This document shows positions 30,838 through 42,013 of a stretch of 64,000 nucleotides of DNA, piece by piece. Source of the DNA: a virus (Duplodnaviria; Caudoviricetes); IMG/VR virus record IMGVR_UViG_3300029288_000056, positions 224,001-288,000 of that record; one strand, written 5' to 3'. The position numbers and the translations under genes were made by a program. Numbering within the stretch: the first letter of the stretch is position 1; each line of letters begins with the position of its first letter. The notes under the pieces were generated by a model, which saw only the letters and a list, made by a program, of their open reading frames with translations, searched no databases and was not told the origin of the DNA.

Positions 30838-31611
30838 TTATTAGATGATAATATACTTCTGAATTCACTCGCTGTTCCCCTAAGTTCATCAAAGAATTGC
30901 TTTGAATTAGTTACAATAGTTATGGTCTCGTATATTCTAATAATCATTTTTTTCATATATTTTAGCTTTTCAATCACGGCTGTTTTTTTATGTTCATCTT
31001 CGATAAAAGCCGCGGCCCTTTTTATAGCGTCAATTTCCCATAATAAACCGTGTGATTTATAATTTCCAAAGGGCTGTTTTATTTCAAAGCCAATTATAGT
31101 GTTTATTATATCTTCAAGATATTTACTTTCGCCGGTTAAAACCATGTGCAACGAATCAATCATTGTATTCAATTCGTTAAACACCGCCTGCCACCGATGA
31201 GACAGTCGTGCAAGTAATAATTTTTGTTTATCCATTTACCCTTCCTCAAATTCCCCAGACTGGGGTGACACTAAAGCTATAAAACCTATCTCTTCCCCAT
31301 TTTTACGATAAACATTTACTTCTGTTTTATCTGTTCGGGGGATAACACTAACACTATACATGGGTGTTATTTCAATTGAGCGGCCGAGGTGTGAATAACG
31401 TATATTTGGCTTCCAAAACGCTATTTCCACATCCTCGTGTTGGGCCTTTAGTATGGATAAGTGTCTCTTCTTATCATAAGAAGCTGAGATTATCCAACTT
31501 CCTCCCTTTGGGTTACTAAGTGGTACGTCACCAACCATAAAGGGGTCACGAACCTCAATAATATCAACAAACTCTTCGTTTTCTATAAACATTTTCTCAC
31601 TCCTTGGACAT

Positions 31612-31640
31612 ATAGTAACACACTTTATCTAAAAAGTCAA
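31612..31640 (-). promoter_or_regulatory. Repeated promoter (TTGACT-17-TACTAT)
   Basis: Motif match; -35 overlaps the primase stop codon. Confidence 0.8.
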
Positions 31641-33286
31641 GCCTTTTTTCTCATCCCAACGATCTTTTTTATACCGGTTTCGAATTGGCCACTTTGCTTA
31701 GTCTCGCGAATAACAGACAAAACCTGAACAAGCTTATTAATATTGTTCAAGGACCTTTCGTCGTTTTTGTCACTAAGAGCCTCTATAGCCTTTATTACTG
31801 CCCTATGTTTTATGTTTAGCATCAACTCGTAGGGATTGGAGCCGTTAGTTCCTATCACTGAAGATAGCTCCCGTCTGTCAAATTCTATTCCGTGTATATA
31901 GTCCCATAATGGTCTGTATTGTATATCGTCAGATCTGAAAAGCACCCCTGCGGCATCCCTTAGACCGTCGTTGTTAGACATCATAAACAATAATTTACGT
32001 TCCTCATTACTATTGGATCCTGATGATCTTTTTACAGTCGTTCTGTCAAAAACGCCCTTATTTTTAACAGAATCCTTTGACACCCCCACGGCATTACAAT
32101 ATACACCTAAGAGCTCATCTCTATACACCGGATCGGGTATTGAGAGTAACACCTTTTCAATCGCTCTCCCGTAACGGCTATTACTGGCGAAATCACTATC
32201 CCTAAAATTCAAAAAGTATTCAACGGGGTTGATAGAATCCCTTATAACTTTATGGGTTTTCTTGTCACCGAATTCTCTCACAAAGTCGTCGGGATCGTAT
32301 CCTTGTTTCATTACACATACCTCAACCTCAAATCCCATTTCTAATAAAATCTTAATGCTTTTACGGTTCGCTTTTATACCAGCATCATCCGCATCAAAAA
32401 GTAACTTCACCTTATCGGTAAAACGTCTTAGTAGATACGCCTGATTCTCCGTTATATTAGAACACATTATACCGACAGCCATATCCACACCAATTTGATG
32501 AAGAGATATTACATCAAAGTAACCCTCTGTGATTACCACAAACCCGTTTCTCCTGATGGATTGCTTGGCTTGATGTAGCCCAAAGACTATACCGTCCTTG
32601 TGAAAGACCTCAGTGCTTGGTGAGTTCAGATACTTAGTAGCATTATCTCTAATAGTTCTCGCCCCAAACCCAACTAGTTTTCCAATATGATCCCTGATGG
32701 GTATGATAAGACGATTAGAAAACATCTCTACAATCTTACCGTTTTCCGTTCCATCTTCCAGTTTTTTTACTAATCCAGCGTCTATGATAACTTGATTGTC
32801 TATACTATGGTTATTGAGGTGAACAATTAAGCTGGTATTACTAGGGAAATAACCTAGCTCCCATTTATCAATATCATCGGGAGTGATGGCTCTTTTCATT
32901 AAAAAGTTTATAGCATCCGATCCGACATTTCCTGTGATTTTATTTTTAAAAAACTCATTTGCTAATTCAAGGGCCTTTGTGGTGGGTCTTTCGGGAATAT
33001 CATCTTTTATTTCAATACCAGCTTTTTTTGCTAATATTACGACGGCTTCCTTAAACGTAACATTTTCAGACTCTTGGATATAACTGAAGATGTCCCCACT
33101 CTTATCACAACCAAAACAACGCCATAGATTCTTATCTACATCTATAGATAAGGATGGTTTTGTATCTTTATGAAAAGGGCAAATACACATCATCCGCCCG
33201 TAAGACTTCTTAACGACGGTGGAAGTGGATATAAGATCCTCTATCCTGATTTTTGAGTTTATCTCTTCTCTGAGTTTTTTATTCAT
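31637..33286 (-). CDS. dnaG: DNA primase
   Basis: CPFHKDTKPS...CFGC, GFGAR, KYLNSP, TEGYFDV, FDADDAG, DPDD. Confidence 0.97.
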   Translation of the reverse strand: MNKKLREEINSKIRIEDLISTSTVVKKSYGRMMCICPFHKDTKPSLSIDVDKNLWRCFGCDKSGDIFSYIQESENVTFKEAVVILAKKAGIEIKDDIPERPTTKALELANEFFKNKITGNVGSDAINFLMKRAITPDDIDKWELGYFPSNTSLIVHLNNHSIDNQVIIDAGLVKKLEDGTENGKIVEMFSNRLIIPIRDHIGKLVGFGARTIRDNATKYLNSPSTEVFHKDGIVFGLHQAKQSIRRNGFVVITEGYFDVISLHQIGVDMAVGIMCSNITENQAYLLRRFTDKVKLLFDADDAGIKANRKSIKILLEMGFEVEVCVMKQGYDPDDFVREFGDKKTHKVIRDSINPVEYFLNFRDSDFASNSRYGRAIEKVLLSIPDPVYRDELLGVYCNAVGVSKDSVKNKGVFDRTTVKRSSGSNSNEERKLLFMMSNNDGLRDAAGVLFRSDDIQYRPLWDYIHGIEFDRRELSSVIGTNGSNPYELMLNIKHRAVIKAIEALSDKNDERSLNNINKLVQVLSVIRETKQSGQFETGIKKIVGMRKKA

Positions 33287-33626
33287 GATGTAGAATTTTG
33301 TCTAACTGAACCATTCTTCCGGGTAGTATTTCCTCTATAAATTTTTTCTTAGCTTCGACACCTAGTAATACATGATCGTATTCAAAGTGGTGTTTCGTAC
33401 ACATTGGGAGAATGTTGAGTAGTTCTAGTTTCATTTCTGGATAGGCCCCTACACCCAAGAGGTGTGCTGGTGTTATATCACAGGAATTGCACCGGAAACA
33501 CTTAATCATTGGTTTATCATCGTCATAAAAACCAACGTGATAAGGCTCAAGCGCTTTGTTTTTTACTTCTAGGTACTCTGGGCTTCTTCGCCAAGGTACT
33601 TTTTTTGATGAAGATTTTTTTGCCAA
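33279..33626 (-). CDS. HNH-like nuclease / recombination protein
   Basis: CFRC...AHLL...NILPMCTKHH. Confidence 0.6.
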   Translation of the reverse strand: MAKKSSSKKVPWRRSPEYLEVKNKALEPYHVGFYDDDKPMIKCFRCNSCDITPAHLLGVGAYPEMKLELLNILPMCTKHHFEYDHVLLGVEAKKKFIEEILPGRMVQLDKILHHE

Positions 33627-33793
33627 ATTGACACTCCCATCCTTTATAATCTGGGTCGTTGATATCTTTTACATAAAAGAGCGGGCACCTTATATTGTAA
33701 CAGCCCATCTCTTTTCTGGATGGACAATATATTTTACCAAAGTCTCCTTCACTTTCAATTATAACTAATTTTTCCTCTATCAAATCACAAACA

Positions 33794-34468
33794 TCAGTCT
33801 TGATTAACCACATAATATACACCTTCTTGTTTAATCCTATCTAACTTTCTTTTTAAACCCCAATTTTCTCTTATCATATCTTTTTTACCCAGTAACAATA
33901 ATTCCCTGTCGATGTCCCCATGACTCCACATGCAAGCATGATTTGAAAATATCACAAACTTATACACGTCACTGGGCTTAGTAAAGTCGCCCTCAATAAA
34001 GACGACATCGTTAGTTTCCCCGCCATAGCTCAGTTTGTTTGCCGTTATAACGGTAGCGCCAGCGATCTTTCTTGGTGTTTCGGTGATCAGGGTTGTTTTA
34101 TTTTTCTTTGAGATCTGTCTTATTATTTTTAACCAATCGGGTTTAGAGCACCTCAATAAGGTCCGCTGCTTTCTTAGTATGTTATTCACGGCCAACAATA
34201 TTGGATCTGCTATCAAGGGCTCATTAACCGCGAGTGTCTCGTGTATTTCCAACACTTCCCTCATATCGCGAATTTGATCGCAAACAAAACCGACGTCTTC
34301 GCATAAGATGAGAGTCTTTCTAATGTTTTCCCTTGTAGCTGGCGCATACCAAGACTTAGAATTGGGTTCGTATCTGGCGCCGCTTAACTCCTTAACCATA
34401 GCTGAAACGACCTTGTCATAGGGAAAAACAAAGAATAAGGTGTTAGAGAGAAACTCCACCATTCTCAT
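33794..34468 (-). CDS. HARP-like domain protein
   Basis: FPYDKVVSAMVKELSGARYEPNSKSWYAP resembles the N-terminus of the SNF2 gene. Confidence 0.6.
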   Translation of the reverse strand: MRMVEFLSNTLFFVFPYDKVVSAMVKELSGARYEPNSKSWYAPATRENIRKTLILCEDVGFVCDQIRDMREVLEIHETLAVNEPLIADPILLAVNNILRKQRTLLRCSKPDWLKIIRQISKKNKTTLITETPRKIAGATVITANKLSYGGETNDVVFIEGDFTKPSDVYKFVIFSNHACMWSHGDIDRELLLLGKKDMIRENWGLKRKLDRIKQEGVYYVVNQD

Positions 34469-34825
34469 TGTAGACGGTTTTCCCGTTTGTACATGTCTAG
34501 AGAATCAAATACCACTGGGTTTTTATTGGAATCGATGGCGGCCCACTTGTTGTTCGAAAGTCTGATAGGCGGACCATACAAATGGTTACTTTGTGGCGGT
34601 GTAAAGTCTAGGGACTTGATTTCATTAAGAAGGTCTGGCTGGATCGTTCCGGCCGTCACACTCTTGAAATCGTGATCCATTCCTAACTCGGATAGGGTGA
34701 AGTTCTTCACAGCCTTAAAGACGGTATCAGGATCATCATCATCATTTAGTGCGACGCGAACTTCGAGTCTTTCTGTTTGACAGTTGCCACAATTCTTAAC
34801 CGCGGTATACATTATCTCTGTTACC

Positions 34826-35350
34826 TTAAGATCTTTCATTCTCAATCTCCTTTTTGTTTATCTTACGAAGCATTTTCTTTGCTCGGTACAACCTACTTCT
34901 CGTTGTAGCAAAACATACTCCAGTTTCATTTGACACTTCGCCATAGCTTGACCCCTCTATGAGGATTCCACTAATGACTTTTTGGTGAATACCATTTAGT
35001 TTAGATGTCATCTTTTTGATGCGCTCTAGCATAATCTTATTTTCAACCTGACTGACTGAATCGTGAGACGTATAATCGTAATTATCAAAAAGGGGTGTCA
35101 ATGTGAAGACTCTACTGACCCTTTTATTATGATTATAGTTACCTATGTAGATAGTCTTCATGATCGTTTTTATCCAACCTATGAAGTTCGTGCCCTCTTG
35201 AAACTGCTCAGCGTATATGAAGGCGCGCATCAGTGTGTCTTGCAACAGGTCGTCGGCTGTGTACGTATTACGGGTGAATTTACACGCGTAGCGGTGCATA
35301 TCCTTTATTATTAAAGGTGTTATGAGAGATTCAAAGCTAGACTGATCCAT
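34826..35350 (-). CDS. ECF-type RNA polymerase sigma factor
   Basis: ADDLLQDTLMRA...NFIGWIKTIMK, SYGEVS...TTRSRLYRAKKML. Confidence 0.93.
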   Translation of the reverse strand: MDQSSFESLITPLIIKDMHRYACKFTRNTYTADDLLQDTLMRAFIYAEQFQEGTNFIGWIKTIMKTIYIGNYNHNKRVSRVFTLTPLFDNYDYTSHDSVSQVENKIMLERIKKMTSKLNGIHQKVISGILIEGSSYGEVSNETGVCFATTRSRLYRAKKMLRKINKKEIENERS

Positions 35351-35358
35351 GTTTCACC

Positions 35359-36288
35359 TTATTCTGTTTTTGTTTTAAATTGACGCGGGATAGCACATGC
35401 GGTTTTTGTAAAGACTTGCCAATCTAGGTTTTGTACAATCCTGTCGCTCAACAACTCAGTAGGAACACTAAGGTCGTTGGCCATCATGTAAATTTCCTCG
35501 GGACCCAACTCTTCTAACGGAGAGACAGCGTTATTGTTAACGATCTTCAGGTTGTGAGTATGTCCCAATACGCTCATCATTGACTGACAAAGTAACTTCT
35601 TGGACAAAATAACATTAGCCAAATTCATTTCGTGATCTGCCAGATCACAAGTGAAGGATGACCAGCTCTCTGTCATTGGAAGGTTCGAGTATACGACATT
35701 GGGATTTTGTACCAACCACTTAATCTGAAGTTCCCTAATATCCTCGTCATGCACACTAAGCTCTGTGGTCACGATTAAAACGGGGAGCTTAGTTTTTATA
35801 CAAAGCAACGACAATACGATAGCCTCTACAGATCCGTCCACTAAAACAAGAAACCCTTCACTATGAGAAGTTACTGCTATATCATTGAGCCAACCGACCA
35901 AGTAGTTAATTGTTTTTTCCGTGTTTAACAGTTGGGGCTGTTCAATCTTTCTAATCTTCGTGATGCGCGTTAGGCCATAATCGTGCTCTTGTTTACAGAC
36001 GTACCTCATAAGCTCCTTGTTGTAACCCTGAAAACCTTTCTTATATTCTACGACGTGACCGAAGAATTCAATTTTATCGCCTACACGCGGGTGAAGATCG
36101 AAAAGTGTGAGTCTACCGATCTGTAGCCAAATGTGATCAGCTAGAACTACACCGTCTTCCCCGACTAGGTTTTTTACCATCACGAACTTTTGTCCTGCGG
36201 CTTTTCCTTTTACTCCCGTCGTTATTATCTCTATTATCCCCGTCGCTTTTATCTTCTTCCCCAACAAGGGCTCCATCTCTTTTCGCAT
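35359..36288 (-). CDS. Fusion of an OB-like domain with a degenerate NAD synthetase (NadE)-like domain
   Basis: INYLVGWLNDIA...GFLVLVDGSVEAIVLSLLCIKTKLPV...SPLEEL...EIYMMANDLSVP follows the NadE pattern but lacks SGGxDS. Confidence 0.55.
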   Translation of the reverse strand: MRKEMEPLLGKKIKATGIIEIITTGVKGKAAGQKFVMVKNLVGEDGVVLADHIWLQIGRLTLFDLHPRVGDKIEFFGHVVEYKKGFQGYNKELMRYVCKQEHDYGLTRITKIRKIEQPQLLNTEKTINYLVGWLNDIAVTSHSEGFLVLVDGSVEAIVLSLLCIKTKLPVLIVTTELSVHDEDIRELQIKWLVQNPNVVYSNLPMTESWSSFTCDLADHEMNLANVILSKKLLCQSMMSVLGHTHNLKIVNNNAVSPLEELGPEEIYMMANDLSVPTELLSDRIVQNLDWQVFTKTACAIPRQFKTKTE

Positions 36289-37197
36289 GTTTAACCTTCC
36301 TATGTTGTTCTATGGATGTTCTAATTGTTGCGGAGCACATCTCGTCTTCTGTTGAGCCATCATTAATACAGCCACCATCACGACACAATGAAAAGCAATA
36401 CGGAATGTATTTGTCGCCCCAATTATCAAGGTGGACATCTATTCTTATACCTTGCTTTTCCGTGAGGGTTCTCGCTGGGTCACCCCTCCTATGTTTACAT
36501 GTCCACGTAGGTAAGCCGTCCGCATTAGTGAGTTCTAGCGGAGCCTTTGTATGTTCCCACCAAGTCTTCCAAAAGCATTTAAATCTATCATAAATGATCT
36601 CTTTTAGAGCCTTTTCAAATTTCTGCCGAGGCTCTAAGCTTTTATGCCATTCTAAAAACATGAATCTAAGTTTATAATCACGGACATTCTCACACTCTAT
36701 ATCGCTAGGAACTATCTCAACATTATCAATTCGCAATTGAGACATCTCTTTAGTCATGTAAACTTGGAAGTCTTCATAATGAGATTCGTCCAAGACCTTA
36801 GAATACATCGTAGTATTACTGTACTTCACAATGTTTTTAGGATAAATAACCCTGACGCCAACCTTCCATTTATCAGGCAGTTCAATGATATCATCCTCAA
36901 CATCTGCATTGTGGCCTACAATATTCTTTGCCAGTTTTAATACGTCATCCGATACGGTCTTTTTATTCTTGCTTCCTTTTTTACGGCCCACTACTCACCA
37001 CCTACAACAAAATTCATTTTCATAGCTTCTCCGCTTTCCACTTTATCAAGTTCTCCATCGTAGTTGATGAAATAAATCACACCATCAATCTCCCTCAAGA
37101 AAACATTTACCTTTTGTGTTCTTGCGAGATTTATCATGTTTTCCTGAAGATAAAACGTCACTTTTTCCCCATTAACTATTGCATACCAAAGCTGCAT

Positions 37198-37270
37198 TTG
37201 CGAGAGTGGGATTCGAACCCACAACTTTTGGAATATGAGTCCAACGAACCACCTATTGTTCTATCTCGCT
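37198..37270 (-). tRNA. tRNA-Met(CAT), initiator-like
   Basis: A1:A72 mismatch, A11:U24, TTGGA-CTCATAT-TCCAA, GTGGG-TTCGAAT-CCCAC. Confidence 0.88.
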
Positions 37271-37527
37271 ATTAGTGCCCGCGATAAGCTTCGAGAGCCC
37301 ATCTACCACTGATGTCCAGTTCTACTACACTGTAGTGCTCCCCGAAGTCCTTGTTGTTCTGATCAAGACCGGCCTGAAGCTCATCACACCGAATCTTTGC
37401 CGCATCAAGATCGTCGAACAGTCTGTCCGCGTAGAGTGCCGCGATCTCGGGAGTGGGAGGACCACACCATCCGTCGAAACCGTCGTAAAAGTCCACAAAG
37501 TATCTCTGCATTTTAACCTCCAATGTT

Positions 37528-37555
37528 ATTCTAACATACCTTCTAGAAAAGTCAA
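37528..37555 (-). promoter_or_regulatory. Repeated promoter (TTGACT-16-TAGAAT)
   Basis: Motif match. Confidence 0.8.
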
Positions 37556-38395
37556 GCGTTATTTTATAAGGTCGTTGAGAGAAATATCTGACTTAGCCCA
37601 TTGTTCAGCTAGTTTGGCTTCTAACTTGGGGTTCCTATCTCTTATACCATTATAAGTATGATCTAGAATAGTAAACGCCTTACCTAATCTATGATTATAC
37701 GTATCTTCCGGCATTGCTAAGATCTTCTTCTTATTCATCATACACCCCCTATTATTTAGTCTGCATTTTCCAAGCCGCAATGATTAGGATCTGATTCCAA
37801 ACAATCACCTTCTTTATTTTATCTGCTTTCGCGTCACCCATCCCTCTCCTCCTCATATAGCCAGTCTAGCCATGACTTATCATCATCACCATAAGTTCTA
37901 TCGCCGCAAGATGGAATTTCTATACTAAAAACCTTCTTACCATCAGTTACAAACCTGTTACCAGTCCATTCGTCATCAAAGGGCCAGTATTCTTTTGTTG
38001 TGTTGCCGCACTTATCTGGTTTTTCCAGTTTGTGATATTCATTTAGTTCACAATAAGCATGATCGCATGATGTATTTACAAACTTACATCTATAACAAGC
38101 CTCTTTGCCATAATCATACCCCTTGTAAGCCAAGTGTAACATCTTACATTTAGTTGAGATGGCGTGCTTTTCTGATTCATTCAAGTACCTGTAGTCCGGT
38201 AGCTCTATCATTATTCTCCTCTAAATATAGTTCTTAACGTATACTCGCTGGCAGGTTCGCACCCCATCAACCCCAGCATCAGGGTTGTTTCCTTAAGGTG
38301 TAATTCTTGGCTACATTTACAGCAATAGTCTTTGCCGTCCAGCTCTTCCCAAACTTGGATCGATTCGTCGCAAACCGAACATCTCGTTCTACTTC

Positions 38396-39688
38396 TCAAT
38401 CTCTAAAAACTCTCGCCAAAATTTCATCTACATGACAAATAAAACGGTCAAGGTTAAATATTTCCAAAACCTCATCATCACTCAATGGTAGAATATCATT
38501 TATAGTCTTTATCAAGGACTCGTTGGATTCAAGAGCCGCAAATGCTGCTTTTTGTACAATCCGATAAGCATCTTCACGGCTAAACCCCTTTTTCAATAAG
38601 TGCATAAGAATACTTTGGCTTTGATAAATATCATTACTAAGGTTTATATTATTTTCAATATTATCCTCATTAACAACTAGCCCATATATAAGTTGGGCGC
38701 ATTGATCTATCATGTAGTCAAGCAAACAAAATGCGTCTGGGAATATAACTCGTTCTGCGCTGGAATGGCTAATATCTCTTTCGTGCCAAAGTACCTGATT
38801 CTCCATCGCAGTTTGTGCGTAACCCCGCATCAGTCTTGAAAGACCACTGATGCGCTCACAAACAATTGGGTTGCGTTTGTGAGGCATCGCAGAACTACCT
38901 TTTTGCCCCGTATTAAACGGCTCTGCTAACTCTCCTATTTCTGTATGTTGTAACAAACGGACCTCAGTAGTTAGTCTTTCAAAACTACCAGCAAGTACTG
39001 CCATAGCGCACAACACGGCGGCATGTCTATCCCGAGTTACAATCTGATTCGAGATAGAAGCCATAGGTATGTTGAGTCGTTTCCCGACCGATATCTCTAT
39101 TTCGGGGCTTATTTGACTGTAATTACCTACCGCGCCACTAATCTTTCCAACTGCGGCACCTTTTATTGCGATAGCAAGTCGTTCTTTGCCACGTTTTATC
39201 TCATCCCAACAGAGTGCTAGTTTAAGACCCAATGTTGTAGGCTCAGCGTGAACGCCGTGTGTCCTACCTATAATGGGCAGATGAGCGTATTGAACTACCT
39301 TTCGTTTAAGCACATCTAAAAATCTGCATAAGCCGTTATTTAAAACATCTCCGGCCCGTTTAATAGTAAGGGCCAGTGCGGTGTCAAGGACGTCGGATGA
39401 CGTTAACCCTAGATGAAAATAACGAGCGGGTTCCCCGGCAAGTTCTGATACATGAGTAGTAAATGCGATCACGTCGTGTTGGACTTCGCTCTCTATCTCG
39501 GTGATACGACTAACATCTAAGTGACCGTCGCACGCCGCTTGAATAGCATCAGCACAACCTTCTGGCACATTGGGCGTCAACTTCTCGTGAGTGCGCAATA
39601 CCGCTAATTCAACATTCAGCCATGTGTCAAACTTGTTCTGTTCAGACCAAATCTCTTCCATTATTGGATGTGTATATCTTTTTATCAT
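38396..39688 (-). CDS. purB: Adenylosuccinate lyase
   Basis: HDVIAF, HLGLTSSDVLDTA, GRTHGVHAEPTT, GSSAMPHKRNP, WHERDISHSSAER. Confidence 0.97.
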   Translation of the reverse strand: MIKRYTHPIMEEIWSEQNKFDTWLNVELAVLRTHEKLTPNVPEGCADAIQAACDGHLDVSRITEIESEVQHDVIAFTTHVSELAGEPARYFHLGLTSSDVLDTALALTIKRAGDVLNNGLCRFLDVLKRKVVQYAHLPIIGRTHGVHAEPTTLGLKLALCWDEIKRGKERLAIAIKGAAVGKISGAVGNYSQISPEIEISVGKRLNIPMASISNQIVTRDRHAAVLCAMAVLAGSFERLTTEVRLLQHTEIGELAEPFNTGQKGSSAMPHKRNPIVCERISGLSRLMRGYAQTAMENQVLWHERDISHSSAERVIFPDAFCLLDYMIDQCAQLIYGLVVNEDNIENNINLSNDIYQSQSILMHLLKKGFSREDAYRIVQKAAFAALESNESLIKTINDILPLSDDEVLEIFNLDRFICHVDEILARVFRD

Positions 39689-40341
39689 ATCGTCCTTAGT
39701 TGGTTAATTTTACTTCCATCCCACGTATGTTCGTCGAACTCAATATCGAACTGCGGGTGCTTTAACTTACCCCTCAAATAACCGTGTTTATTGTAGCGCT
39801 TCACGATTATACCTTCTGACATTCCTGAACCGTAGTTTGAGACTTTAGGGATCAGATCAAACAATTCCTTAGGCTCGTAGTTCCCCACTGAAACAAGAGG
39901 GACCTGTTCAAGACCGTACTTGATGCAAAAAGCGTTTCGTTCATCATAATCCAAAAAGCGCTTTCCATCCCAAACATCAAAGGCTAGGAAGTAAGACGGA
40001 AGTTTATCGTAAAAGAGTGTGTGAACACAGTACAACCACTCACCGTAAACCAAGGAGCCGATTGGAAGTTTCATAAGTTGGTTAAAATTCTCATACATGG
40101 CCCACGCTAAAAAGCGTTGGTACTGTAGATGTTCAGACTGACCCACGAGGCTTCCGCGTTTTTGGAGGTGGAGGCCCTGTTTGTGCCGTATGATCCCGAC
40201 ATTCGCGCCATCCATTTTCTCCTCAACCACAACTCGCCCAGCCAGAAGTTGAGTAACCTCTTTGCTAGACAGAGTGAATCTGCCCGCAGCAGGATACTGT
40301 GGGACAGATATGCGAAAAGTTTTATCGTAGTGTCTAAACAC
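39685..40341 (-). CDS. RNA ligase family protein (nucleotidyltransferase domain)
   Basis: EEKMDGANVGI, YGEW, HTLFYDKLPSYFLAFDVWD, EGIIVK, GKLK. Confidence 0.88.
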   Translation of the reverse strand: MFRHYDKTFRISVPQYPAAGRFTLSSKEVTQLLAGRVVVEEKMDGANVGIIRHKQGLHLQKRGSLVGQSEHLQYQRFLAWAMYENFNQLMKLPIGSLVYGEWLYCVHTLFYDKLPSYFLAFDVWDGKRFLDYDERNAFCIKYGLEQVPLVSVGNYEPKELFDLIPKVSNYGSGMSEGIIVKRYNKHGYLRGKLKHPQFDIEFDEHTWDGSKINQLRTI

Positions 40342-41479
40342 TAATTTATTCCTCTATCAGTTCAAGTTCACTTTCATGCACGAGTTCGCCCATTCCACAA
40401 ATCTTACCGTAGAATACCTCGTCTTGTCTGGGGTTATCATCCGGCAGGTTGTCAGAGACCGAGCGCATGGCATAACACAAACATGCCGGGTTACCTTGCT
40501 GCCAACCCCACCAACCGCCAAATATGCCTCTGTGCTCACCCTCAATTATTATAACCGGGTGTGCTTCACCATACTTGTTCTTGAAGTACTCAGAATCCGT
40601 TTTGATTCTATATTGCTTTCGTGGCTCTATCATTGTTCCTCCGTTGTTAGTTTTCTAATTCTTTATAGTAGTTAACATGCCCATCGATTGCATCCCTAAA
40701 ATCATAATACACCACACATCTAGGATCGCCTTGAGCGACTTGGTTGAACTTGTTTAGCCACCAATCACTTACCTCAAAAATAGCAGCCTCTTTCTTTTTA
40801 CTGGTTTCTTCAATCTTAACCAAGTAGTTTTTATCGCCGCGCGATCTTAGAAATATAAGCATGGCATAATCATTGTTGTTGAACCTATCCTTTAGAAAAC
40901 CCCCATCAGCTTTGGATATATCATGAGTCTTTACGGCCTCGTCATAAAGCATAGAGGCGTCTTGAACTAGTTCCTCATATACTTGCCGATCCTCAGCGGT
41001 GATGTTCCCAATTTCGTCCTTAAAACTCATCTCAAAATCATAGTCGCGAGGATTCCACTTTTGCTTACCGATTATAACTTTTTCTATGTACGCCTTGATG
41101 TGGCTTGGGCGAACGACCACTCTTGTCCACTCGTCGGAATCGTAGCAAATCCATCCGGCAAAATCCTCCATGTTGACCAATTCTCTTTTACCATTAGGTA
41201 GCCGAATTTTTACCCAATCCCGATAAACTTCGTAAGGGTATTCCTGTCCTTCTATATGGACTGCTTTACTCATTTTGCCCCCAGTAAATTACTATCTACT
41301 CCATAAGGGCAGAGGTTGGATAAAGCATAGACACATTGTTCCCCGCCGAAACATGCAAAACTTGAGGCTGGGTTCTTAGGATTATCATTGTCGCGAATAA
41401 TCGCACAGTTTTCCTTAGACCCTCTTGACTTAGCATCATCAAGATATCTACGCTGACCTTTTGTCATTTTACCCTCCAT

Positions 41480-41571
41480 CAGGACCGCTAGGACTCGAAC
41501 CTAGAGCCTCCAAGGGATTACTCGTCAGTAATCCGTTTAAGGAGCGGGCTTACCATTAGCCCTACAGCCCT
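41480..41571 (-). ncRNA. tRNA-like RNA with anticodon loop replaced by an extended hairpin
   Basis: AGGGCTG/CGGTCCT acceptor, GGGCT-AATGGTA-AGCCC D arm, CTCC...GGAG enclosing GGATTACT-GACG-AGTAATCC, CTAGG-TTCGAGT-CCTAG T arm. Confidence 0.8.
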
Positions 41572-41637
41572 TTGCCTTTGAAGGATTCGAACCTTCTAGT
41601 TATATGCCGACAATGCATATAACCGCCATTAAGGCAA
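41572..41637 (-). ncRNA. D-armless tRNA-like RNA
   Basis: TTGCCTT/AAGGCAA acceptor, 9-bp GTTATATGC/GCATATAAC arm with 7-nt loop, GAAGG-TTCGAAT-CCTTC T arm. Confidence 0.72.
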
Positions 41638-41778
41638 CCGTTTTAATTTTACTAGGGAGATCCGGGTTGTTTACCGGGAGCTCAATTTCTGGTGATATGG
41701 CTTCAACGCCTCTTAGCTTTCGCTCCGCTCCACACATATCTCAGTTGCACCTCCGCAGTCCGTACTGCACGCTCATAC

Positions 41779-41807
41779 ATACTATCATAAGTCGCTAGAA
41801 AAGTCAA
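41779..41807 (-). promoter_or_regulatory. Repeated promoter (TTGACT-17-TAGTAT)
   Basis: Motif match; spacer nearly identical to the copy at 14942. Confidence 0.8.
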
Positions 41808-41968
41808 GCGTTTTTTACGTCGAATAAGGTCGGTTGCTTCCGATTTTTCCATTGACAATCAACACATACATGACGTTTTGCGCCGTCAATAAGACTAAAG
41901 ACGGTCTTTGCCATGATTGGCACGTCCCACGTTTCAACGTGGCCACAGGTTCTTTTAACTTTTACTTT

Positions 41969-42013
41969 CATTTACCCGCCCCATCACCGATGATGGGGAG
42001 TTCCAACAGGTAG
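41969..42013 (-). repeat. Conserved bulged hairpin, copy A (ends in ATG of a 55-codon ORF, 41804-41971)
   Basis: CTACCTGT-TGGAACT-CCCCATCATCGGTGATGGG-GCGGGTAAATG; homologous to 46835-46879. Confidence 0.7.
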
